Positions 54,207 through 61,432 of a DNA stretch of 61,432 nt are shown one piece after another (the first letter of the stretch is position 1; each line of letters begins with the position of its first letter). The DNA lies in the NCBI GenBank assembly GCA_024763335.1, contig JANTFS010000001.1, forward strand, positions 1-61,432. Direction: 5' to 3'. Below the pieces are notes generated by a model. That model saw nothing but the letters and a program-made list of their open reading frames with translations, did no database searches and had not been told where the DNA came from. The DNA is from Paracoccaceae bacterium. Its GTDB lineage: Bacteria; Pseudomonadota; Alphaproteobacteria; Rhodobacterales; Rhodobacteraceae. A program made the translations under genes and the position numbers.

Positions 54207-54575
54207 TCAGTCCTCGAGGGTCAGGATCAGGTTCATATCTCCCTGATCGGTCTGGTCGATGTCGGCGATCTTGTAGGTCACGCCATCGTGGGTGAGCTGG
54301 TCACCATTCTTCGGCGCGACCGCGGGGAGCTTGGCCGCCGGCACCCAAAATTCAGCGGCATGGCCGGCGACGTTGACCGCGGGGCCTACCCCGCTGTCGA
54401 AGGCCACGGTCGTCCCGGCTGTCAGCGAAAACACCCCGCACACATCCCGGGCCGCCCCGTCGTCGATGTGCCCCGAGTACCGGGTCTTCGAGCGGGGGGT
54501 CACAGTCGCCTTGTCGGCGAATGTGGCAACGACGGCCGCATCAGCGGCCGCCGTCATGTCATCGAACGCGCTCAT
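54207..54575 (-). CDS. Head-tail joining protein (gpFII-like)
   Basis: P..GD.L..DG..Y.I.D...D.G...L.L; follows the capsid gene. Confidence 0.7.
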   Translation of the reverse strand: MSAFDDMTAAADAAVVATFADKATVTPRSKTRYSGHIDDGAARDVCGVFSLTAGTTVAFDSGVGPAVNVAGHAAEFWVPAAKLPAVAPKNGDQLTHDGVTYKIADIDQTDQGDMNLILTLED

Positions 54576-54580
54576 GGCGA

Positions 54581-55630
54581 TCAGGTCGCCTTGCCGCGGA
54601 GCAGCGCCTGCGGGCGCGAGACCCAGTGCAGCACGTTGGACTGGAACTCGAGGTTCACGCCCTTGCGGTTCTCCATCGGGTACTGGTGCGCGTAGAGGCG
54701 CTGACCCGGGCGGTTGACCGTCTCGATGTAGTCGGCCGGGCCGTAGACCGTGCGGAACAGGCCGGGGACGCCGAGCGGGATGAAGTGCACCTTGCCGGAG
54801 CCGATGGCCGTGGACGACAGGTCGCCCTCGCCGCCGCGGTAGTTGACCCAGCGGATGCCGCCGAAGTCGATCTGGCCATGGGTGTTCGTCTGGCCGCCCT
54901 CGCCGAAGGCGGTGCGCAGCGAGGCGGCGGCCTCGTAGCCCAGATAGGTCTCCCGCACCTCGGTGTGCGCGACGAGCATGTCGAAGAACGTGTCGTCGGC
55001 AATGGCGAGGATGCCGCGGTAGGGCAGACCGCCGAGGGCGGTCGCCATGGAGCGGCGGAGCGCGGTGCACTTGTTGCGGAGCGCGCCGGGGGCCGGCGAG
55101 CCGTTGTCCAAATCCCAGTCGATCTCGGCCGGTTGGGACACCTCGAACTCGGTCCAGTAGTTGTAAAGCTCGGTGGTCCCGTCGCTGTCGTAGAGCACGC
55201 CGTCCGTGATGAGCTTGAGCCGGTGGAACTCTTCGGTCATCGCGAAGAACTGCGAGATGTCCGCGGCGCGCTCGGCGATCTTGGCGATCATGCTCTCGGT
55301 GGCGTACTGCTCACCGAAGGCCCGGACGCCCTGAACCTCTTCCGCCATGATGGCGTCATCGACCTGATAGTGGTTGATGGTGAGATTGCGCATGAGGCGC
55401 TTGTTCTTCCCGAAGGTCTGGCCCGGGCCGCCACGCGGGAGCGCGGTCAGGATCATCTGCAGCTGATCCTTGTCCTTCTCGATGGCCACCTGCAGCGTGT
55501 CGATGTTGGTGGTCTGGAAGAGGCCGAGCGACGAGATGTAGGAGGGAACGTATTTCACGTCCCGCATCGCGTCGGTCAGGGTCGTGGTGGTGAACGCCGA
55601 CCCGTTGAAGATGTCGAGCATGTTACCCAT
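54581..55630 (-). CDS. Major capsid protein (lambda gpE family)
   Basis: F....LT.A....Y.P..I..LGLF, EVQGVRAFG, PADYIETVN.PG, E.QSN. Confidence 0.95.
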   Translation of the reverse strand: MGNMLDIFNGSAFTTTTLTDAMRDVKYVPSYISSLGLFQTTNIDTLQVAIEKDKDQLQMILTALPRGGPGQTFGKNKRLMRNLTINHYQVDDAIMAEEVQGVRAFGEQYATESMIAKIAERAADISQFFAMTEEFHRLKLITDGVLYDSDGTTELYNYWTEFEVSQPAEIDWDLDNGSPAPGALRNKCTALRRSMATALGGLPYRGILAIADDTFFDMLVAHTEVRETYLGYEAAASLRTAFGEGGQTNTHGQIDFGGIRWVNYRGGEGDLSSTAIGSGKVHFIPLGVPGLFRTVYGPADYIETVNRPGQRLYAHQYPMENRKGVNLEFQSNVLHWVSRPQALLRGKAT

Positions 55631-55660
55631 GTCCGATTTCCTTTCTACTGCCCGAGGGCG

Positions 55661-56035
55661 TTACGATTTCACCACGATGCCCAGCGCTTCGAGCTGAGCG
55701 TTCGCAGCATCTTTCTCCGCCTGCTGGTCGCGGTCGGAGTGGTAGGTGAGGATGTTGGCGTTCACCTCCGCGGCGCGGACGATGGCGGCCACCTCAACGT
55801 CCTCGGACGTGGCGTCCACCGGGTAGAGGTTGATGCAGACGGCATCCTCGGAGCCGTCCGATGCGCCGATGGCCGAAACGACATACTTGCCGCTCGCGGT
55901 CACCTTGCCGAGCACGGTGCCGGGGGCGATGACGCCAGCACCCGAAGCGATGGTGATGTTGCCGCGGGAGTAGGTCGGGCCTTGCTCCCAGAGCACGAAT
56001 TCGGCCGCGTACCGGCCTTCGGTGAGTTTACCCAT
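55661..56035 (-). CDS. Head decoration protein D
   Basis: YSR..ITIASG.G...PGTVLGKVTASGKY...DGSE.A. Confidence 0.9.
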   Translation of the reverse strand: MGKLTEGRYAAEFVLWEQGPTYSRGNITIASGAGVIAPGTVLGKVTASGKYVVSAIGASDGSEDAVCINLYPVDATSEDVEVAAIVRAAEVNANILTYHSDRDQQAEKDAANAQLEALGIVVKS

Positions 56036-56083
56036 GGTGATCTCCTGTGGGTTCGGGTGAAGGCCCGGATGGGCCGGGCTGGA

Positions 56084-57403
56084 TTACTGGTTGAAGCGCG
56101 CGTTGGCGTTGCCGATGGCGTTCGCCCACATGCCCTTCACGGCGGCGGCTTCGGTGGCCTTGGCTTCCTCGCCTTCGCCCACCTCGGCACCCTTGGCGCG
56201 CTCTTCGATGGACGGGGTGGTCGCGCCCGCCTTCGGCGCGTCGTCCTGCTTCGGCGAAGCGGCGAGCGCCAGCTTGGCCTCGTCGGCCGAGATGCCGGTC
56301 GAGAGCAGGGTCACGGCGAGGGACATGCGGCCTTTCGCCTCTTCCGAGCCGAGCACGGTGGCGACACGGGCGTTCGCCTCGGCGATGCCGGCCTTCTTGC
56401 CTTCGGCGAACGCGGCGGCCTTGATGCCTTCAACGTCCACGGAAGCGGTGGTCTGGGGGGTTTTCTCGGTCATGGTGAAATCTCCATTGGATGGTTGATG
56501 ATCGGCCGACATGGCCTTCCGCGACAGATCGGCGAGCACTTCATCGACCGTTGCGATGCGATCTGCCAAGCCGGCCTCGACCGCTTTCTTCCCGGTGAGT
56601 ACCCGGGCCTCTGTGGCGCGGATCGCGTCCGCGTCCATGTCACGGCCCTCAGCGACGAGAGCCACGAATTCATCGTACAGATCGCCGGCTTCCTCTTGGA
56701 AGCGCGCGCGCACATCCTTCGGGAGCGGGCCGAAAGGGTGCCCATCAACCTTATGCTTCCCGGCGTAGATCAGGGTCGGGGACCAGCCATTCGCCTCCAT
56801 CTCACCAGATCGGTCGATGTGTAGCATGACCACCCCGATGGAGCCCACGCTCATGGTCGGGGTGCCGACGATCTCGCTTGCCTGAGAGGCGATGCCGTAG
56901 GCCGCGGATGCCGCAAGGTCGTTGACGAAGGCCACCACCCGCTTCTTCTCGCAGAGCTGCTTCACCCGCTGAGCCAGCGCGATCATGCCGCCGGCCTCGC
57001 CGCCCGGGCTGTTGATGTCCAGCATGACCGAGTGGATTTCGTCGTCGTTCTCGGCGTCACGGAGCTGCGCCTCAAGGCCCTCATAGCTCACCATCCCAGA
57101 GTAGGAGCCTATCCAGCTCCCGCGGTTCACCAGCTCACCGGCGATGCGGATGATGGCCACCCCGTTCTCGGCCGGGCTCATGCCGTAGCCGTCGTTCCGG
57201 GCATACTTGCCGCGGAAGGCCACCGCATCGGGGGCCGGGCGGTTGATGGCGGCCTCGGGGGCAATGCGCCCCTGCAGCACCTGCAGAACGACCTCAGCCG
57301 CCTCGGGGGTCACCAGAAGCGGCCGGTTGAGAACTCGCGCGGCGATGTGCGGGAGGCTCGGGCCTTCGGCTGCTGGGCCGGGTTTGATGTCTTCGGTGGG
57401 CAT
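56084..57403 (-). CDS. S49 prohead protease (gpC-like) with an internal scaffold start
   Basis: LDINSPGGE, AASAAY.IAS, GSIGVV; internal GGAGA RBS before ATG 56473 (Nu3-like, 129 aa). Confidence 0.93.
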   Translation of the reverse strand: MPTEDIKPGPAAEGPSLPHIAARVLNRPLLVTPEAAEVVLQVLQGRIAPEAAINRPAPDAVAFRGKYARNDGYGMSPAENGVAIIRIAGELVNRGSWIGSYSGMVSYEGLEAQLRDAENDDEIHSVMLDINSPGGEAGGMIALAQRVKQLCEKKRVVAFVNDLAASAAYGIASQASEIVGTPTMSVGSIGVVMLHIDRSGEMEANGWSPTLIYAGKHKVDGHPFGPLPKDVRARFQEEAGDLYDEFVALVAEGRDMDADAIRATEARVLTGKKAVEAGLADRIATVDEVLADLSRKAMSADHQPSNGDFTMTEKTPQTTASVDVEGIKAAAFAEGKKAGIAEANARVATVLGSEEAKGRMSLAVTLLSTGISADEAKLALAASPKQDDAPKAGATTPSIEERAKGAEVGEGEEAKATEAAAVKGMWANAIGNANARFNQ

Positions 57404-57675
57404 CAGCGGACCCCTCCTGAGAAGATGGCGTGGCGGCGGGGTTTCTTGCCCTGTAGCGCATCGCACTGGTTTTCGAAAGACTTTATCGCAGAACGGAGGG
57501 CCGCGATGTCAGCCTTGTGGTAGGTGACCTGCCGCTCGACCGCGTTCGGCCCGGCCTTGAACGCGACGATCTGAGCGGCCTGCCCGGAGATCAGATTGTA
57601 GTAGACCGCGCTCAGCGCCTCATGTGCGCCGCACGGGTCTTTCGGGTCAATCGTCAGAGTTGCCACTGGCTCCAT
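57403..57675 (-). CDS. Lambda gpW-like head completion protein
   Basis: L.SG......F......RQVTYHKADI.AL...I; GTG at 57666 is an alternative start. Confidence 0.75.
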   Translation of the reverse strand: MEPVATLTIDPKDPCGAHEALSAVYYNLISGQAAQIVAFKAGPNAVERQVTYHKADIAALRSAIKSFENQCDALQGKKPRRHAIFSGGVR

Positions 57676-59275
57676 CCTCCTTGGTGCTGCCGTCCTTGTT
57701 CTTCTCCGCCGCGCCCCCGGACGGGAGCATAAGCGCCGGCTCGGGCAGTTTGTAGGTGTTCGCCCGCATGTCCATCTCCTGCGCGAGCTGCTGATAGGTG
57801 TCTTCCACGTCGTAGCCCAGATCGTTGCAGATTTGCGCGTCGGACATGACCCCCATCCGCTTCCACGTCTCGTGCGCCTTGGCGGTCTTGAGGTCGTCGG
57901 CCCGGGGCCGCGGATCGCCGCGCCACTCCGACCGGGTGGCGGCCGTCCGGTTCGCAATGAACCCCTCGATCCCACCCGGGAAATCCGTGCCGCCCTGCTC
58001 GATGTCTTCCTCGAGCCACGTCTCGTAGATCGGCTGGTTGAAGGGCTGCAGGACGTTCTCCCGGCGATACTTGGTCACCGCGAAGATCTCGGTGGTCGCC
58101 GCTTGGAGGGAGCTGTAGGTCGCCCCCACGTTGTCGCCGGTCGCGCTCTCATAGGTCATGCCGAGGCAGCGCGCGATCTCCCGAAGAAGGAAGTTGGCGA
58201 ACTTTTCGTAATCCTCCGATTTGTGGGTCGAGCTGTGGAAGGTGAGCTGCTGACCCGGGAAGAGGAAGCCCAGCCGGCCGTTCATCCCGAGGTTCAGCGG
58301 CCCGGCCGCGTCGTAGAAGCCCTCGGTGAGCTGCATGTAGGCTTCGAGGGGGCTCACCCCGGCCTGCATCGCGGCGGCCTTCTCCTGCGGCGTGAGCAGG
58401 CCCTCAAGGGTCTCTTCGGTCGGCTCGTCGCCGGTGATGGTGGCGGCGAAGAGGGTCTGGACGATGGCGCTCACGAGGGTGGCGTCGGCGAGCTGGTCGA
58501 ACTGGCGTGCTACCTGCAGAACGGGAGCCATCACCGAGATGCCCCGATGGGTGCCGGGCAGGCCGTCGAAGATGTGGGTCACCCGCGGCCGGCCGAGCCG
58601 GTCCCGAGCCCGGATAAGCTGCTCGTACCGCATCCCCATCTCGTTGACCTTGATCGCCATGTAGCCGACCGGCATCCCGTCCATGTCGATCTTCACCCCG
58701 TTCACGATCCGGCGGGTGTCATCGGACATGCGGGAGAGGCGGCTCGGCGGAAGCACCCGGACCTTGGTCCCGTACTGGTTCCACGGGCGCTTGCGGAATG
58801 GGTGCTCCATGAGGATTTCCCCGGTCCCGATCCACGCGCGGAAGGCGCTGGCCTGCATCTGCCCGAATTTCTGGATGCCCCGCACATCGCACTCTTGCGG
58901 GTTGTTCGCCCAGTTGTTGAAGCGGCGCTCGACGCGCTTGGACCAGTCGGCGGCCCACTTCTGGTCCATACCCAGCGCCTCGAAATCCGGGATGGCCTTG
59001 AGGCGGAGTCCGGTGCCGACCGTGTTCGCCACGGATTGGTCGATCATCCCGCTGATCCACCCCGAATTGTGGATCATGTCGGTGACCCGGGCGGCCACCC
59101 CGTCCCATGCGTCCCCGATGTCTTGCTGGCTCTCCCGGAGGGCCGGGTTCCAGCGCTGGAAGGCCACGCCCCGGCCGCCCCGCATGTAGGATGCCCCGAT
59201 CTGGGGTCGGGCCACCTCGCCGCCGGTCGTGGGGGCGGGCGTGACGAAGCCCTTCAACGTGTCGATCAGACCCAT
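57647..59275 (-). CDS. Portal protein, lambda family
   Basis: NTVGTGLRL, RGIS..APVL, G.TYE..TGD....TYSS. Confidence 0.95.
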   Translation of the reverse strand: MGLIDTLKGFVTPAPTTGGEVARPQIGASYMRGGRGVAFQRWNPALRESQQDIGDAWDGVAARVTDMIHNSGWISGMIDQSVANTVGTGLRLKAIPDFEALGMDQKWAADWSKRVERRFNNWANNPQECDVRGIQKFGQMQASAFRAWIGTGEILMEHPFRKRPWNQYGTKVRVLPPSRLSRMSDDTRRIVNGVKIDMDGMPVGYMAIKVNEMGMRYEQLIRARDRLGRPRVTHIFDGLPGTHRGISVMAPVLQVARQFDQLADATLVSAIVQTLFAATITGDEPTEETLEGLLTPQEKAAAMQAGVSPLEAYMQLTEGFYDAAGPLNLGMNGRLGFLFPGQQLTFHSSTHKSEDYEKFANFLLREIARCLGMTYESATGDNVGATYSSLQAATTEIFAVTKYRRENVLQPFNQPIYETWLEEDIEQGGTDFPGGIEGFIANRTAATRSEWRGDPRPRADDLKTAKAHETWKRMGVMSDAQICNDLGYDVEDTYQQLAQEMDMRANTYKLPEPALMLPSGGAAEKNKDGSTKEDGASGNSDD

Positions 59276-59279
59276 GTTC

Positions 59280-61432
59280 TCACCTTCTCGCGTTAGCGCC
59301 GTAGCGCGCGAATTTCTTCCTGAGATCGAGCTTGGTCTGCTCCGCACTCGTCTCAGCGTTCGGTGCCGGCGGGGGCGGCGTGGTGGGCTTGTCAGGCGAG
59401 GGAGGCGGATCGTCCGGTTCGTCGCCCCCATCGTCAGTGCGGCGCTCGATACCTTCCGGGACGCGCTGCATGTTGTTGGCGTAGGCCATCGCCTGCAGCA
59501 TCGCCTCACAGTCAAGGAAGTGGTTGTCTCGATACCGCTTCACCCACGTGGGCTTGCCTTCGATGACGAGCCTTGCCTCAGAAACAACCTGCCGGCAATA
59601 GTCTTCGTCAACCTCTTCGTGCACATAGAAGGCCCCGGCCACCCCCAGCGGAGTGCGGATGCGCGCGAGAAGGAGCTGCTTGAAGAAGTCCGTGGAGAGG
59701 GTCACGAGGTCGATGCTATACACCGCCTTCTTGCCGTCCTTCTTCACCTCGATCTTGCTCACCCGGTAGGGCGGCATCTGCACATCGCGACCCTTCGTCG
59801 GCTTACACATCCACGAATAGCGGCGGCAGAACTCGTAGACCTTGTGCTCATTCGCGCCGTCCACCTTGTTCGGCCGGAAGCCGCTGTCGATGAACACCTG
59901 CTCGATCTGCATCCCCGCGATGGGCTGGAACATCACCGAGGTCAGCTCATCCCACACGCCCTCCTGATCGGTCGGCCCGTAAATCTGCCCGTTCTCGACG
60001 AGCCACGATGTGCCGCGCGATCCGAAGGCCCGGATCACGTAGATCAGCGAGAATTTCTGCACGTCCACCGCCATGAAGAGCCGGAGACCGCCGGCCGGGA
60101 TTTCGCCCATCCGGTAGGGCAGGCGGCGCTCCATGATCTCCTGCCATTCGGGCATGTCGGCCCCGCCGGTCATCGAGTAGCACTCTCCGAAGGCCGCGTT
60201 CATGGCCGTCTGAATTTCGTCGTGATCGCCCTGTTGCTTGGCCGTGAGGTACGTCTCCGCCCTCTGCCCGAAGGAAACAAAGGGCGAGCACAGGCCCGAG
60301 GCCCAGATCGAGAAGGTTGCAGTCTCGGCCGGGCTCCCGACCACCTCACCGTCGATGATCTGCTGACCGGGCGCGATGGGCACGCCCCCGGCGTTCAGCT
60401 CTTCCTTGTCCTCATCGACATGGACCCCGCCGCAGCGAGGGCACTCGACCCATGCGTCCCGCCGGGCCATCCCGGGGGTCGCGTCCTTCGGCCAGCGGAG
60501 CTGCTTGAAGCGCGGGATGAAGAACTCGTCGCAGTGCTTGCACCGCCATGCCCAGTGATACCGGGTGCCCTCTTGGAAGATGCGCCAGATGCGCGACTGC
60601 AGGTCATCTGGGTCGGTGACTGCCCAGAACTCGAGCCCGGTCTCTTCGTCGATGTAGGTGTCGACGAGCCCGTTGGAGGGCGTGCTGGTGACCACTGTTC
60701 GATACCCCGCATAGGTGTCGCCCCGAGCTTCAAGCAGGCCGAGGATGGAGCCCTGCCCGAGCGTGGAGACCATGTTTTCGTCGTCGTACTCGTCGATGAT
60801 CCCGAGGGCCATGCTATCAGATTTGATCGCCGCCGGCGAACCCGCAGCCGCGAGCCGCAGCTTGACCCCCGAGACCCACTTGAGCGTCTTCTTCATCCGC
60901 CGCCCCCGGACCACCTTGTTCTTCAAGGTCTCTGCCTCATCGAGCAGGTCCATGATCCGGGGCTCGAACTGGTCGCTGAGGAAGTCGTAGGTCGGCCCGA
61001 CGTAGAGGATCGGCTCGGGCTTCTGGTCCAGCTTGGAGCCGATCAGGTCGAGAGTGCTGTCGGTGTTGTGGGTCGCGATCAGCGCGCGGCCGGCGAGGAA
61101 CAGGTGATCCGGCGCGTCCACACCGATGCAGCGCACCGGCACGCTCGGCACCGGGTTGATCGCCACGATGGAGCGTCGGCGGTTCTGCCACGGCCGGGCC
61201 TTACCGTCCATCTCGCTGCGCAGCGCGGCCGTCTTGCGCGGCAGGCGGAACACGGTGCTCTCCCGGTAGCACTGCACCCGCACGCGCCAGTGCCCGAGCT
61301 TGTGCCGGCTCAGGCGCGGCAGGTAGCCCAGCGAGGCCGCCAAATCGCGCACCTGCTCGGCCAGCTCGCGCCCGGTGGCGGTGAACCCGGCGATGGTGCC
61401 GTTCTCCACCCCGCCGTCCGTGTCCATGATCC
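59280..61432 (-). CDS. terL: Terminase large subunit, 3' part (intein C-half plus C-extein)
   Basis: Walker B IIDEYD, STP, CKHC/CPRC, AVDVQ, IDSG, DNHFLDCE. Confidence 0.95.
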   Translation of the reverse strand, partial: IMDTDGGVENGTIAGFTATGRELAEQVRDLAASLGYLPRLSRHKLGHWRVRVQCYRESTVFRLPRKTAALRSEMDGKARPWQNRRRSIVAINPVPSVPVRCIGVDAPDHLFLAGRALIATHNTDSTLDLIGSKLDQKPEPILYVGPTYDFLSDQFEPRIMDLLDEAETLKNKVVRGRRMKKTLKWVSGVKLRLAAAGSPAAIKSDSMALGIIDEYDDENMVSTLGQGSILGLLEARGDTYAGYRTVVTSTPSNGLVDTYIDEETGLEFWAVTDPDDLQSRIWRIFQEGTRYHWAWRCKHCDEFFIPRFKQLRWPKDATPGMARRDAWVECPRCGGVHVDEDKEELNAGGVPIAPGQQIIDGEVVGSPAETATFSIWASGLCSPFVSFGQRAETYLTAKQQGDHDEIQTAMNAAFGECYSMTGGADMPEWQEIMERRLPYRMGEIPAGGLRLFMAVDVQKFSLIYVIRAFGSRGTSWLVENGQIYGPTDQEGVWDELTSVMFQPIAGMQIEQVFIDSGFRPNKVDGANEHKVYEFCRRYSWMCKPTKGRDVQMPPYRVSKIEVKKDGKKAVYSIDLVTLSTDFFKQLLLARIRTPLGVAGAFYVHEEVDEDYCRQVVSEARLVIEGKPTWVKRYRDNHFLDCEAMLQAMAYANNMQRVPEGIERRTDDGGDEPDDPPPSPDKPTTPPPPAPNAETSAEQTKLDLRKKFARYGANARR
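61065..61432 (-). mobile_element. Class 3 intein, C-terminal part
   Basis: Block F VPVRCIGVDAPDHLFLAG; block G IATHN followed by extein T. Confidence 0.93.
61336..61432. repeat. 97-bp terminal repeat copy
   Basis: Identical to 1-97. Confidence 0.97.

Noticed and set aside
59280-61427. 715-aa ORF starting MDTDG as a complete gene
   Set aside because: That Met is inside intein block E; the frame continues across the origin to 1016
61336-61432. Terminal repeat as a physical DTR or att site
   Set aside because: It lies mid-intein within terL, consistent with assembler overlap; a better end candidate exists at about 5530

Overview
A complete, circularly assembled GC-rich tailed-phage genome of 61,335 unique bp. 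Bases 1-97 repeat at 61336-61432, and the join falls inside terL. It combines a lambda-like head and packaging module (gpA-type TerL, portal, S49 protease/scaffold, gpD, gpE) with a P2-like contractile tail. Promoter and RNA motifs suggest an alphaproteobacterial host (inference). No integrase, CI-type repressor, ParA or protelomerase is recognisable. Highlights: (1) a ParB / SAM-MTase / DPPW-MTase / PAPS-reductase (IbrA) / IbrB operon between a lambda-like cos candidate and terS, a candidate uncharacterised DNA-modification system; (2) an Ala1 class-3 (WCT) LAGLIDADG intein in the TerL Walker A motif; (3) a second appendage module far from the tail genes, made of a 1715-aa 21-residue-repeat protein, a BppU-like protein and a 15x HxH needle; (4) an early region of promoter/hairpin cassettes sharing a CGTWTCGGGC spacer box and a CAGCTA start-associated motif; (5) candidate non-coding RNAs, including a tRNA-like junction followed by a CCUCCUCCC anti-SD hairpin, a stand-alone sRNA and a possible antisense/leader control of the replication gene; (6) an Mtd-like C-type lectin receptor-binding protein with no DGR. 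All family assignments come from motif recognition by eye, not database searches.
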